This document shows, in pieces, positions 8,987 to 18,543 of a stretch of DNA of 64,000 nt (the first letter of the stretch is position 1; each line of letters starts with the position of its first letter). Location: NCBI GenBank assembly GCA_025453675.1, contig JALOPW010000002.1:17913-81912 (forward strand). The letters are read 5' to 3'. This DNA comes from Methanolinea sp. Lineage in GTDB: Archaea > Halobacteriota > Methanomicrobia > Methanomicrobiales > Methanospirillaceae. The position numbers and the translations under genes were made by a program. Under the pieces are notes generated by a model. The model ran no database searches and was not told the origin of the DNA. It was given only the letters and a program-made list of their open reading frames with translations.

Positions 8987-9687
8987 ATATCTCAGTGGTG
9001 ATTCCCGCCTTCAACGAGGCTGCACACATCGTAGAATGCCTGGAGTCCCTGAACCGCCAGACACTCCCCCGGGATGAGTACGAGATCATCGTGGTGGATG
9101 GCGGTTCAAAAGACACTACCAGGGAACTCGCAGAACCGCTGGCAGACGTAGTCTTCATCCAGACCAGCAGGAAAGTGGGGGGTGCCCGGAATGACGGTGC
9201 CATGCGTGCCGGGAGCGCAATACTGGCCACCACTGATGCCGACTGCATCATACCCCGCAACTGGCTGGAGGTCATACTCAATGACTTTGATCGGAATCCT
9301 GACGTGGTGCAGCTCTTTGGGCCGGTTGATCCCATCGAGAAGACCATCAAGAACCACATCTCCCTTGGCATGGCGAACCATTTTGCACGGCTCGGCTATT
9401 ACACCCGCACACTCTATTACACGCTGGGGTGCAACACGGCCTTCCGGAAGGACGCGTTTCTTCGGGCAGGGATGTACCACTGCATCGATGCCGGTGATGA
9501 CCTGGAGATTGCCAGGCGCATGAAGCATGAGGGCCGTGTGATGTTCGACAGCAGGATGAGGGTGGAATTCTCCATGCGAAGGTACGAGCAGTTTGGGACA
9601 TTAGAGTCACTCTATGAATGGCTCTACATCGTGGCTCACGGGGGATCGTCCGAGAAGCACCAGTATACCCGCCGTGAGTACAAATGA
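8983..9687 (+). CDS. Glycosyltransferase family 2 (GT-A fold)
   Basis: ISVVIPAFNEA...IIVVDGGSKDTT...TDADC (DxD). 234 aa. ATGA overlap with the preceding gene. Confidence 0.85.
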   Translation: MNISVVIPAFNEAAHIVECLESLNRQTLPRDEYEIIVVDGGSKDTTRELAEPLADVVFIQTSRKVGGARNDGAMRAGSAILATTDADCIIPRNWLEVILNDFDRNPDVVQLFGPVDPIEKTIKNHISLGMANHFARLGYYTRTLYYTLGCNTAFRKDAFLRAGMYHCIDAGDDLEIARRMKHEGRVMFDSRMRVEFSMRRYEQFGTLESLYEWLYIVAHGGSSEKHQYTRREYK

Positions 9688-9735
9688 AGATATGTGGAAT
9701 GGTCGCACCATCTCTCTGCGAGTGAGGCGTGACAC

Positions 9736-10161
9736 GTGCCTGATACACGAGAGGGAAGTGGGCGCCTCTTTCCCGGAGAGACGCAATCCCGTATCCTGAA
9801 GTTTAACCAGTCAGAATATGCCCGGTTGCTCGGGTTGGAGATCCTTGATGCCCACCCGGGGTATGCCAGGGTAAGGATGGATGTCGCAGGGAAGAGAAAT
9901 CAGCACGGGAATGCCCATGGAGGGGCAGTGTTCTCGCTGGCAGACCAGGCATTCGGGATTGCTGCAAACCTGAGCGATGTAGAGGAAGTTGCCCTCTCGG
10001 CCCAGATCTGTTATTTGAGCCCTGCAGAAGGCACACTGATTGCCGTTGCCGAATGCCAGGGCGAGACCGGCCAGTTCTCCTGTTATATGGTAAAAGTCTA
10101 CAGGGAGAACGTGCTGGTGGCGACCTTTGAGGGCCAGGGGATCAAAAAAACCAGGGCATGA
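9736..10161 (+). CDS. PaaI-family hotdog-fold thioesterase
   Basis: GYARVRMDV...NAHGGAVFSLADQAFGIAAN is typical of PaaI/YdiI thioesterases. GTG start, uncertain. Confidence 0.7.
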   Translation: MPDTREGSGRLFPGETQSRILKFNQSEYARLLGLEILDAHPGYARVRMDVAGKRNQHGNAHGGAVFSLADQAFGIAANLSDVEEVALSAQICYLSPAEGTLIAVAECQGETGQFSCYMVKVYRENVLVATFEGQGIKKTRA

Positions 10162-10350
10162 GGAATTCACCATTCCGATAACCCGTTGATCTGTCGATGT
10201 CATGTGGTGGCCATTCTGGAATTCACGAGGGGTTCACCTGGGATCTGGTGGGGGGTCAGGGGGCTAAAGTCATATTTTCACGCAATGTGACCGGTGCGTG
10301 AGATATACCAGAGGGGTGTCCTCCGCCCCCTTGGCTTTCGGAAAAAAAGA

Positions 10351-10842
10351 TTAGTTGTAGCTCCTGAATGCCAGGGACTGGTCATATATCCTGTACCGTT
10401 CACCGTTGACCAGGTTGATGAAGACCTCAACCCGATCGGTTCCCCGGGTCCCTTCTACCTCGAGGATGGAGTTCACCTGCGGCCTCTCCAGGCTCTTGGA
10501 GATCACCTGGCCGTCGGAACGGGTGACCATTACATCCATTGAGTATACGAAATTGGTGCCTTTTCCTCCCCGGTATGTCGCAATAATGGTGGGAGTGATG
10601 GCAACAGTGTTTCGGACCACCTGGACATCTACCATGTACTGGGCAGGCAGCGGGCCTTCGATGTATCCGAGGGTGGGGGTCACCACCGGGGTGGCCACGG
10701 TCGGGGGGATGGTTGGCTGGGCCGTGGTGGGTACAGGTGTCGGTACCTGCGTGGCCGGCCCGCTGGATGGCTGGGTGCATCCGGCGCCGAGGACGAGCAG
10801 TCCTGCGAACATACAGAGCACCAGAAAAACAAGTGACTTCAT
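10351..10842 (-). CDS. Secreted protein / putative lipoprotein with a Thr/Pro-rich linker, function unknown
   Basis: MKSLVFLVLCMFAGLLVLGAGC signal with a lipobox-like Cys, then a PT-rich linker (TQVPTPVPTTAQPTIPPTVATPVVTPT) and a ~100-aa beta-rich domain. Confidence 0.6.
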   Translation of the reverse strand: MKSLVFLVLCMFAGLLVLGAGCTQPSSGPATQVPTPVPTTAQPTIPPTVATPVVTPTLGYIEGPLPAQYMVDVQVVRNTVAITPTIIATYRGGKGTNFVYSMDVMVTRSDGQVISKSLERPQVNSILEVEGTRGTDRVEVFINLVNGERYRIYDQSLAFRSYN

Positions 10843-11053
10843 GGGTAGAATTTCATCCCGAAATTATAAGAGCCTTCTGAGGGCCACTTACCCTACTGTA
10901 GTATGATTATTCAAAATAATTCGGTATAGAACGCATTCCCATGGAAACCGGATATGATACAGGCGGATATATATGCTATACTCCTGATACGGTGCCCATC
11001 ACCTTACCGAATCACGCGGAATATGATAAAACGTAGATTATTTCTCATTCCTG

Positions 11054-11506
11054 GTGAATCTCCTGAATATGCAGGAAATTGACCGTGTGGTATCCGGATT
11101 ATACCGGTGTATCAGTTTCAGACGGGGAGAGATTCCTCGATTGGAGGATCTGGAACATCTTTTCATACCCGGGGGATTGCTGGTTAACAATAATGGAGAT
11201 TATCCACGTATCTTCACGGTTGAACAGTTCACCAGTGCTGTCCGGGAACAGGTGGAGAGCGGAAACCTCGCTGAATTTGAAGAGAGGGAAGTCTGGTCAC
11301 GCACAGAAGTATTTGGGAAAATTGCCCAGCGATTCAGCACCTATGAAGCAAGATTTACGAGCCATGACCCGGAACCGTCTTCAACAGGGATCAACAGCAT
11401 TCAACTGATGAAAATGGGGAATGACTGGCTGGTGGTATCTGTAATCTGGAACGATCAGACGGAGACGATGAGAATCCCCTTGAAATACCTGCCGAATGGC
11501 GGGTGA
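11054..11506 (+). CDS. Hypothetical cytoplasmic protein (possibly NTF2-like fold)
   Basis: 150-aa ORF with protein-like composition and no long competing ORF. No motif that I can name with confidence. Confidence 0.45.
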   Translation: MNLLNMQEIDRVVSGLYRCISFRRGEIPRLEDLEHLFIPGGLLVNNNGDYPRIFTVEQFTSAVREQVESGNLAEFEEREVWSRTEVFGKIAQRFSTYEARFTSHDPEPSSTGINSIQLMKMGNDWLVVSVIWNDQTETMRIPLKYLPNGG

Positions 11507-11661
11507 CTCCCCATAGGAACCTGCCCTCTTCGAGATTTCACTGTGCAACAGTGCGGGGTGTGTTACCAATACCTCTTCATCCCCGGGTGAAAAAAGGTTC
11601 CGGCACTTACACGGGCAGGATTTGCTTCTTCGCGTGAACCGGCGTGGCCAAAACCATCCCG

Positions 11662-11668
11662 TTTATAA
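11662..11668 (+). promoter_or_regulatory. TATA box upstream of the double-Cache gene (leaderless or near-leaderless arrangement)
   Basis: TTTATAA is centred about 28 nt upstream of ATG 11693. This is the usual archaeal TATA-to-TSS spacing, so the mRNA would start at or near the ATG. Confidence 0.5.
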
Positions 11669-11692
11669 GGTACCATGCAATAACGATGGTTC

Positions 11693-12661
11693 ATGCGACA
11701 AGGATTGCCCTTTATTGCCATACTCATCTTCCTCATCGTTGCAGCTGGATGCACGACCACCGCACCCCAGACAGGACAGCCCACCACGACACCGGCTTCA
11801 ACAACAGAAGTGCCCCCGGTGGTTCCCACTGGCACTGCATCCCCGGATCACCGGTATCCCTCAACTTCGCTTGAGATCAAGGAATACGTAGACCATGCTG
11901 CATCCTGGGCAGAGAAGAGCGGCAGACACACAGCCCTCGCCGCGTTCAATAATGCGTCCGGTCCGTATGTGACCGGCGACGTCTATATCTATGCCCTTGA
12001 TTATTCGGGCATTGCGCTCGCCCTTCCCTTCCAGCCCGGCATGGTCGGCACGGACTTCCGTCCGCTGAAGGACGCCACCGGAAAACCCTACACGGATATC
12101 GAGATCCAGCTGGCACAGAGCGGTGGAGGGTATATCCTCTACCGTTACCCGTACCCGGCGGCGAATGGCACGAGTACTCTCAAGATCAGCTACGTTCGGC
12201 CGGTTGACGACACCTACTGGATTGGGGCCGGCGTATATACCCGTGAAGATCTTCTCATCGATCAGGAGCTCCTCCAGTTTGTCGGCGACGCCAGGGCATA
12301 TGCACTGGCACAGGGCAGGGAGAAGGCGCTTGCCGTGTTCAATGACCAGAGCGGCCCGTTCTTGAGCGGGGATCTCTACATATTCGCCTACGATTACAAC
12401 GGGACGACGTTATCATGGCCGTATCACCCCGACCAGATCGGTGTGAACCGGTTCGATGCGACCGACCCGGTGGGCACCTATCACATACAGGAGATGATTA
12501 CCACGGCAAAAGGCGGCGGGGGGATGGTCGATTACTACTCGACAAACCCGGTCACCAACAGGACCGACCTCAAGATCAGCTACGTGACGGATGTCGACGG
12601 GACCTGGTTGCTCGGGGCCGGCCGGTACATCGAGCCGGGGCCGATGATCCTCCGGGCATGA
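11693..12661 (+). CDS. Secreted/lipid-anchored protein with two tandem single-Cache (sCache_2-like) domains and no output domain
   Basis: Signal plus lipobox-like IVAAGC, then a PT-rich linker. Two repeats of the pattern A..F.....P...GD.YI(Y/F)A.DY.G......P...G.......D..G........GGG...Y.......T.LKISYV..VD.TW..GAG.Y. Confidence 0.7.
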   Translation: MRQGLPFIAILIFLIVAAGCTTTAPQTGQPTTTPASTTEVPPVVPTGTASPDHRYPSTSLEIKEYVDHAASWAEKSGRHTALAAFNNASGPYVTGDVYIYALDYSGIALALPFQPGMVGTDFRPLKDATGKPYTDIEIQLAQSGGGYILYRYPYPAANGTSTLKISYVRPVDDTYWIGAGVYTREDLLIDQELLQFVGDARAYALAQGREKALAVFNDQSGPFLSGDLYIFAYDYNGTTLSWPYHPDQIGVNRFDATDPVGTYHIQEMITTAKGGGGMVDYYSTNPVTNRTDLKISYVTDVDGTWLLGAGRYIEPGPMILRA

Positions 12662-13131
12662 GACGGGACACCCCGGGTTATCCATGGTGAGAGGGTACGG
12701 GGGCCAGGTTCACCCCCGGTCACTCTCGTCCCGCCGGAAACCGCACGTTCCCGGGCGCTGGGCCAAAAGACGGGTGCAACGGTGGTCCGGATCAAGCCCC
12801 TTGCCGATCCGGGCCCAAAAACAGGCATGAAGGGGATGAAGGCATTTCTTGCGATGAATGAGGAGATCAAGCCCGTTCAGGTAGACTCATCTGAAACAGA
12901 CCACTTCATGATGGCGACTCCCGTCTGGTCGCACAATAACTCCCCTATACCCGGCAGTACCTCTCAGGTCTTTCCCATTGCACCGGGGATAAAAGTCCCG
13001 GGACCGCACAATCGATTCCATGGGAACGAGAACAGTGTTGCAAACCGGATACCCTCATGATGACTGCCACTCCGTTCACAGTCAAAGGAACATTAAAACG
13101 GACGGCCGCGAAACCAGTGTCCTGATCTAAA

Positions 13132-13854
13132 ATGCAACATAAATTCACGATTTTTATCGCGGTCCTTCTTATCCTCGCCACATCGGCGATCGGGACCGCG
13201 TACGCAGACAACACAGATACGGACAACACCATCGTGGCATCGGGAACCGGATCCGTCATCGGAACACCAGACCGTGCCCAGATCTCTCTCGCGGTCGAGA
13301 CCGAGAACCCCAACGTCCGGGCAGCCCAGGCAGAGAATGCCGCCCGCATGACGAAAGTGATGGACGCCCTGATCGCTGCCGGTATCCCAAAGGAGTCTTT
13401 CAAAACAACGGGATATTACATCTACCCGGTCTACGAGGACTCGAAACTCTACGGCCTGCAGAAGGTCAAGACCTACCGCGTGACGAACACCCTGACCGTC
13501 ACGCTCCATGATGTCTCCCGGACCGGCGAGGTGATCGATATCGGGGTCGCGAACGGGATCAACCAGGCGAGTTCTATCCAGTTCCTCCTCTCGGACGAGC
13601 AGTCCCAGGTGCTCCGGACCGAAGCACTGAAAGAGGCCACCGAGAGGGCTGCTGCGGATGCACGGACGGTCGCCGATGCACTTGGCGTCAGCATCAAATC
13701 GGTAAAGACTGCCCAGATCAGCGCCGGCTACACCCCTGCCCGGTTCCAGAACTACGCAATGGAGGATGCGATGGCCAGCGGAGTATCGACGCCGATCGAG
13801 GCCGGCGAGGTTACGGTGACCGCAACGGTCACGGTGACGTACCTGATCGGGTGA
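13132..13854 (+). CDS. SIMPL-domain (DUF541) secreted protein
   Basis: Signal peptide MQHKFTIFIAVLLILATSAIGTAYA, then V.ASGTGSV...PD.A.ISLAVET......AAQAENA..M..V...L...G........T..Y.I.P.Y, typical of SIMPL/DUF541. Confidence 0.75.
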   Translation: MQHKFTIFIAVLLILATSAIGTAYADNTDTDNTIVASGTGSVIGTPDRAQISLAVETENPNVRAAQAENAARMTKVMDALIAAGIPKESFKTTGYYIYPVYEDSKLYGLQKVKTYRVTNTLTVTLHDVSRTGEVIDIGVANGINQASSIQFLLSDEQSQVLRTEALKEATERAAADARTVADALGVSIKSVKTAQISAGYTPARFQNYAMEDAMASGVSTPIEAGEVTVTATVTVTYLIG

Positions 13855-13955
13855 TACTCGCGCCGGGACTTCGGGAAAAAGGGGGACCAGGCGATCGGAA
13901 ATGCCGAACGTCACCCTTTTCCCGGAGGGGCCCTAAAAATCTCTCAGGTACCTTC

Positions 13956-14765
13956 ATGAAGACCCTCCTCTACTACTTCACCGGGACAGGTAACTCACTC
14001 GCTGTTGCAAAGGGACTCTGCAGCCGGCTCGGGGACTGCGAACTCGAACCCATTGCGTCTGCAGTGAGGACTCCCGGCCCGATTGTCCCGGCGGCAGACC
14101 GGATCGGGATCGTCAGCCCCCTCTATTTCTATGGCCTTCCCTCCATTGTCGCAGATTTCTCCCGTCGTCTCGACCTCGCGAAAGTAAGGTATGCATTTGC
14201 AGTCATCACCATGGGAGGGGCAGGAGGATCAGCTGCCCTGCGCCAGATCGATGGGATCCTGAATGACGGGCCCGGCAGGAGGGGGATCGATGCCGGATTT
14301 TCCGTGAGAATGCCGGGAAATTACCTCATGATGTACGGGGCCCTGAAGGAGGGCAGGAGAGAAAGGACTCTCAAGGGAGCCGACCGTCGCGTGGAAGAGA
14401 TTGCGAGGATGGTGAATGGAGGGGTCCGTAAAAAGCCTTCATGGTCGCCCTTCGCTTCTCTCATCCAAGGCCTGATGTATCCGAGGTTCATCGCCGGGGT
14501 GCATGATGCCGACAGGAAATTTACCGTCGACGACCGGTGCACTGCCTGCGGGACCTGTGCCGCGGTCTGCCCGGTGGAGAACATCCATCTCGTGGAAGGA
14601 CGCCCGACCTGGCTCCACCGCTGCGAGCAGTGCATGGCCTGCATCCAGCTCTGTCCGACCAGGGCTATCCAGGCAGGACCGAAGACAGAGGGGAGGGAGA
14701 GGTACCGGCACCCTGGGATCGAGATCGGGATGCTGAAAGAGCAGGGTGGCAGGGGGAAAGGATAA
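13956..14765 (+). CDS. EFR1-family flavodoxin-like protein fused to a 2x[4Fe-4S] ferredoxin domain
   Basis: MKTLLYYFTGTGNSLAVAK (flavodoxin-like N-terminus), then CTACGTCAAVCP and CEQCMACIQLCP cluster motifs. The ORF track starts at 13851; ATG 13956 fits the family N-terminus. Confidence 0.75.
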   Translation: MKTLLYYFTGTGNSLAVAKGLCSRLGDCELEPIASAVRTPGPIVPAADRIGIVSPLYFYGLPSIVADFSRRLDLAKVRYAFAVITMGGAGGSAALRQIDGILNDGPGRRGIDAGFSVRMPGNYLMMYGALKEGRRERTLKGADRRVEEIARMVNGGVRKKPSWSPFASLIQGLMYPRFIAGVHDADRKFTVDDRCTACGTCAAVCPVENIHLVEGRPTWLHRCEQCMACIQLCPTRAIQAGPKTEGRERYRHPGIEIGMLKEQGGRGKG

Positions 14766-14914
14766 AAGGGACTTCATCCTTTTACAATCCCTTTCCGGGG
14801 TCCTGATCAGACGACTCCATCCTGGTATAAGGTGAATCCCAGGCTGCAACCACCAGGACCCCAGATACCAGGCCATTGCCAACACACTCCTATTGAGCCC
14901 CACCATTCCCCATT

Positions 14915-15607
14915 TCAACTGTTTTTTCTCCATTTCACCTGTGAAATGGAGATTGTTGGAGTAATGAAGAAGAGTACCGATACGAGGATGTAACCGACTA
15001 CCGCGATCGTTGGGAATATGAATCCGCAAATCAGCGTCCCTAATATGATGTAGTCGCCATATTGCTGCTTGTGCTGAAGGGCGGCAAGCTCCTCTCCGGC
15101 AGTCTCATCGAGGAGCATCCCCGGGGTCCTGATTGCTGTTTTCATGATGGTATTGATCGCTACAGATACGGCCAGGAGGCCGAGACCGTAAATCGTGATG
15201 GGAATGGTGAAATTGGATCTTGCGATTGCGTTCACCGCCAGCAACCAGGCTACGGGATCTAATCCCCCAAACACCGGGAACGGTGGAGGATTCGAGAGGT
15301 AAAAGGACATGAGTTTCGTCGTGAAGGGAATGAGCGACACGAAAAAAAGCATGAAGAGGGTAAGGCGGTATGAAAAGGGGGTTTCCTGCTTTATCAGGGC
15401 AGTAATGGACGAATGAGATATCCAGACACTGCCAACGAATGCAAAACTGATGATGTACGCGAGGAAAACAGGCCATTGTCTCACAAGGGCTGTTACCAGG
15501 TTTTCATTGACAGCAGGTATCGAGAGATCGAGCACAAGCAGCGTGATCACAATCGCAAATACTCCATCAGCAAATGCATCCAGCCTACCCTTGGGCAGAA
15601 AGTCCAT
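14915..15607 (-). CDS. TMEM175-family (DUF1211) potassium channel
   Basis: From the internal Met: MDFLPKGRLDAFADGVFAIVITLLVLDL is the RxxxFSDGVFAIxITLLV signature, followed by 6 TM segments. Confidence 0.8.
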   Translation of the reverse strand: MDFLPKGRLDAFADGVFAIVITLLVLDLSIPAVNENLVTALVRQWPVFLAYIISFAFVGSVWISHSSITALIKQETPFSYRLTLFMLFFVSLIPFTTKLMSFYLSNPPPFPVFGGLDPVAWLLAVNAIARSNFTIPITIYGLGLLAVSVAINTIMKTAIRTPGMLLDETAGEELAALQHKQQYGDYIILGTLICGFIFPTIAVVGYILVSVLFFITPTISISQVKWRKNS

Positions 15608-15783
15608 TGTGTCATCCTCTATTGCTTTTTCGTGTATTGAGGTAGAGCGGCAAACTGCCACCAACATCTATTCCCAACAGATTGAAATACGTCGTGTCTT
15701 CGCTATATCGCTTTCCTTTCTCTGCAATGTGCGAAAGTACGGCAGGGAGGATGAAATGAAAAACCAACGAGAAAAAGCCGTCA

Positions 15784-15868
15784 CGCCGAGGGGGAGATTT
15801 GAACTCCCGAGGCGCAGAGCGCCAGTAGCTTTCGAGGCTACCGCCTTTCCGGACTAGACTACCTCGGC
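15784..15868 (-). tRNA. tRNA-Ser (anticodon CGA) with a long variable arm
   Basis: The reverse complement GCCGAGGTAGTCTAGTCCGGAAAGGCGGTAGCCTCGAAAGCTACTGGCGCTCTGCGCCTCGGGAGTTCAAATCTCCCCCTCGGCG folds as follows: 7-bp acceptor stem, anticodon stem GTAGC/GCTAC with loop CTCGAAA, variable stem GGCGC/GCGCC, T arm GGGAG-TTCAAAT-CTCCC. Confidence 0.85.
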
Positions 15869-15911
15869 ACGGGGTAGATATTTTTCTTTCGCGTTCGTAT
15901 AATCCTATCGA

Positions 15912-16121
15912 ATGGGAGTGAAGTGCCGTTTTCTCCTGGAGCCCGAAGGGAAGACCATCGACTACGAGGGAGCGGACGGTGCGACCTACGAGGACGCCCT
16001 GCTCTCTTTAGGAATCAGCCCGGATATCGTGCTCATCCTGCATGAGGGGATCAGCCTGCCCCAGGACAAGCCTATCGAGGAGAGCGAAGTGGTGATCGTC
16101 TCCACCTGCTCGAGAGGATGA
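15912..16121 (+). CDS. Small ThiS/MoaD-like beta-grasp protein (putative)
   Basis: 69 aa. The pattern ..TYEDALLSLGISPDIVLILHEGISLPQDKPIEESEVVIVS resembles ThiS/MoaD/SAMP proteins. The C-terminus is ...STCSRG, not the canonical GG. Confidence 0.4.
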   Translation: MGVKCRFLLEPEGKTIDYEGADGATYEDALLSLGISPDIVLILHEGISLPQDKPIEESEVVIVSTCSRG

Positions 16122-16177
16122 CCAAAGAGCAGGAGAAGATTTGGAAAGGCCGGATCAGGTAAAAGAGAAGTTTCCGG

Positions 16178-16194
16178 AAAAAGTGCGGAAAAAA
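16178..16194 (-). terminator. Oligo-T tracts immediately downstream of the thermosome gene
   Basis: The minus strand reads CCTTTTTTCCGCACTTTTTCCGG (a T6 and a T5 run) within 30 nt of the ths stop. Archaeal termination typically uses oligo-T runs. Confidence 0.5.
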
Positions 16195-16204
16195 GGTATT
16201 GATT

Positions 16205-17818
16205 TCAGCCCATCGGGGGCATGCCTGCGGGAGCGCCGGCAGGAGCACCACCCTCGCGGGTGACCATCATGTCGTCCACCCGGAGGAGCATGATGGCAGC
16301 CTCGGTCGCGCTCTGGATGGCCTGTCGCTTGGAGCGCTGCGGTTCGACCACGCCCTCCTTGAGCATGTCTACGATCTTTCCATTGTAGACATTCAGGCCG
16401 GCGTTCTTGTGCTTCCTGGCATGGGCATTCTTCAGGTCGACCAGCTTGTCAACCGGGTTGTACCCGGAGTTCTCTGCCAGGGTGACGGGAATGACTTCGA
16501 ATGCACTGGCATAGGCCTCGATGGCCAGCTGCACGCGGCCTCCCACGTGTTCGGCATAGTCCCTGACTTTCATCAGGATCTCGGTCTCGACCGCACCGCC
16601 GCCGACCACGAGCTTCCGGTCTTCCATGGCGTCCATGACCACCCGTGTCCCGTCAACGACCGCCCGCTCGAGTTCGTCGAGCAGGTAGTCGGTGGAGCCA
16701 CGCAGAAGGATAGTCACGGTTTTCGGGTTGTCACAACCGGATATCTTGATGAACTCCGCATCTTCGATCTCCTCCACGAGCTCGGCCCGGCCCAGCGTCT
16801 CGGGCGAGAGCTCATCTACCTTGCTCGCAATCTGGGCATTCAGCGCCCTTGCAGCGAACTTCATGTCCTTCTCGGGGATGTCTTCAACGGCCAGAACCCC
16901 GCCCTTTGCGAGGTAGAAGGAGACTGCATCCGCGAGGCCTTTCTGGCAGAGGAGCACGTTCGCCCCGCTCTCGATGACCTTGTCGGCGAACTTTTTCAAG
17001 GCCTCTCTCTCCTGGGCGGAGAAGGCGCTGACCATGTCGCTCGAGCTGATGTGGATCTTGGCCTTGACCTGGGTCTTCTTGATCTCCATGGGGCTGGAGA
17101 TCAGGGCTACCCTCGCATCCTTGATCTTGCGGGGCATGTCCTCGCTGATCCGGGTCTTGTCTATCACCACGCCGCGGACGAGTTCGGCATCGTCCATGGT
17201 GTGCCCGGCCTGCTTCTTGATCAGGACGTTGTCCTCGTCGGCGATGACCTTTTTGCCCTCTTTCTCGGCTATGGTCATCACCGCATCGACCGCGATCCCG
17301 TTCAGTTTATGCTTCACTGACTCGATCGACTTGCCGGTCATTGCGGTATCGGCGATCTTGATCAGATTATCCCTGTCATAGGAATCGATGTCGATGGCGA
17401 GGTCATCCAGTATCTCCAGGGCCTTCTTCATGCCGAGGCGGTACCCCTCCGCGATCACGGTAGGGTGGATCTTCCTCTCGATCAACAGCTCGGCCTTCTC
17501 CATGAACGAGCCCACGAGGACCACGGCGGTGGTGGTGCCGTCCCCTACCTCTTCGTCCTGCGCCCTGGCCACCTCGATAACCATCTTTGCGCCAGGGTGT
17601 TGGACGGAGATCTCCTGGAGGATAGTCGCCCCGTCGTTGGTGATCGTCACATCACCTGTACCTTCCACGAGCATCTTGTCCATACCGCGGGGGCCAAGCG
17701 TCGTCCTGACCGCTCCGGCAATGGCTTTTGCAGCCGCGATATTTGAGCGCTGGGCTTCAAGGCCCCTGTTCCGCTCCACGTTCTCCTTGAGAATGATGAT
17801 TGGTTGTCCTCCAAGCAT
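16205..17818 (-). CDS. ths: Thermosome subunit (group II chaperonin)
   Basis: 537 aa with [25 protein letters not shown] and VAGGGA motifs and a C-terminal Gly/Ala/Met-rich tail ([11 protein letters not shown]). Confidence 0.97.
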   Translation of the reverse strand: MLGGQPIIILKENVERNRGLEAQRSNIAAAKAIAGAVRTTLGPRGMDKMLVEGTGDVTITNDGATILQEISVQHPGAKMVIEVARAQDEEVGDGTTTAVVLVGSFMEKAELLIERKIHPTVIAEGYRLGMKKALEILDDLAIDIDSYDRDNLIKIADTAMTGKSIESVKHKLNGIAVDAVMTIAEKEGKKVIADEDNVLIKKQAGHTMDDAELVRGVVIDKTRISEDMPRKIKDARVALISSPMEIKKTQVKAKIHISSSDMVSAFSAQEREALKKFADKVIESGANVLLCQKGLADAVSFYLAKGGVLAVEDIPEKDMKFAARALNAQIASKVDELSPETLGRAELVEEIEDAEFIKISGCDNPKTVTILLRGSTDYLLDELERAVVDGTRVVMDAMEDRKLVVGGGAVETEILMKVRDYAEHVGGRVQLAIEAYASAFEVIPVTLAENSGYNPVDKLVDLKNAHARKHKNAGLNVYNGKIVDMLKEGVVEPQRSKRQAIQSATEAAIMLLRVDDMMVTREGGAPAGAPAGMPPMG

Positions 17819-17858
17819 AGCGATTCCTCCGATGTTGTAAAAGATGGAATTAAACTTC

Positions 17859-17866
17859 TATATAAA
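17859..17866 (-). promoter_or_regulatory. TATA box of the thermosome promoter
   Basis: The minus strand has TTTATATA about 45 nt upstream of ATG 17818. A GGAGGAATCGCT Shine-Dalgarno-like sequence sits immediately before the ATG. Confidence 0.55.
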
Positions 17867-17901
17867 CCAATCTATTTTTCAATGGAAAAATGGAAGGGTT
17901 A

Positions 17902-18522
17902 TCAATCAATGCGGGATATTTTAAAGAGGGAATAGACCGGAACCCCATCCACGTCCCGGAGGCCGCGCTTGTCAAAGATCACCCAGATAGCCACAGGATT
18001 CGCCCCGTGCCTGCGCAGGTACTTGATCACGTCCTGCATAGTGTTCCCGGAGGTGATGACGTCATCCACGATGATGCACTTCTCCCCTGTCACCGGTGAG
18101 AAATTCCCGCTGATGGACCCGACAGGGGGGTCCTGTGTGCTGTGCTTGGCCGGGTGGTAGATGGCGAGCTTGATATCCTCCTCGACGGCGATCAGGGTTG
18201 CAAGGGGGATCCCGGAGATGGCGATTCCTACCACCAGGGTGGGAAAACGATCAGAGGTTCCCTCCTCCTTCTCCTCCCTGTCTAGGGCTGTATAGTACCG
18301 CTTCAGGAGCATCATGGCCATGCCGTCGAGCATGGGGCCCTGGCCGCTGACAGCGGTCCAGTCGATGTGCACGTCCTTCGGGATGGCCGCCCCCTTCTGC
18401 TGGGTGAGGAGCCAGGTCACGGTCTCCATGGAGAGAGAGAGTTCATCGGCTATCTGCCCGGGGCTGTGACCTTCCGAGAGGAGCATTCTGGCTTTCTGGA
18501 TCAGCTCGTCGAGCGACGACAT
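17902..18522 (-). CDS. Orotate-phosphoribosyltransferase-like protein with an N-terminal HTH (GfcR-type regulator family)
   Basis: N-terminal [25 protein letters not shown] (HTH) plus the PRPP-binding loop [13 protein letters not shown]. Confidence 0.75.
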   Translation of the reverse strand: MSSLDELIQKARMLLSEGHSPGQIADELSLSMETVTWLLTQQKGAAIPKDVHIDWTAVSGQGPMLDGMAMMLLKRYYTALDREEKEEGTSDRFPTLVVGIAISGIPLATLIAVEEDIKLAIYHPAKHSTQDPPVGSISGNFSPVTGEKCIIVDDVITSGNTMQDVIKYLRRHGANPVAIWVIFDKRGLRDVDGVPVYSLFKISRID

Positions 18523-18543
18523 GGTGAAAAAGTGTGCACCTAT

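Noticed and set aside
12992-13002. AAAGTCCCGGG, which resembles the RNase P RNA CR-I box (GGAAAGTCCGGGC).
   Set aside because: It is an isolated short match. The other universally conserved RNase P blocks (e.g. an ACAGAA.CCGGCTTA-like CR-V) are absent in the right order on either strand.
12782-13060. A 92-aa ORF inside the 470-bp spacer.
   Set aside because: It has no SD or TATA support, odd composition and no recognisable motif. I treat it as non-coding, and the spacer itself is flagged as a finding.
13030-13075. AAACCGG...CATGATGACTGCC, vaguely like the 3' half of a fluoride (crcB) riboswitch.
   Set aside because: The 5' half (GGCGATG...CGCC pairing) is missing, and the downstream gene is a SIMPL-domain protein rather than a fluoride exporter.
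13057-13125. Possible C/D-box sRNA: ATGATGA at 13057-13063 and CTGA at 13122-13125, 69 nt apart.
   Set aside because: There are no internal D'/C' boxes at the expected spacing and no terminal stem. The element ends 6 nt before the SIMPL gene start, so it is more likely 5' UTR sequence.
16199-17320. Long antisense ORFs opposite well-supported genes: 16199..17320 (+) opposite the thermosome, 3596..4681 (-) opposite ilvB, 21109..22092 (-) opposite lonB, 23132..24172 and 24051..25211 (-) opposite tldD/pmbA, 38285..39442 (-) opposite atpB, 53482..54645 (-) opposite the marker-14-like gene, and 50441..51457 (+) opposite the FTR cluster.
   Set aside because: Their composition is His/Arg/Pro/Gly-rich and motif-free, as expected for the antisense frame of high-G+C coding DNA. 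In each case the opposite strand carries unmistakable conserved protein motifs.
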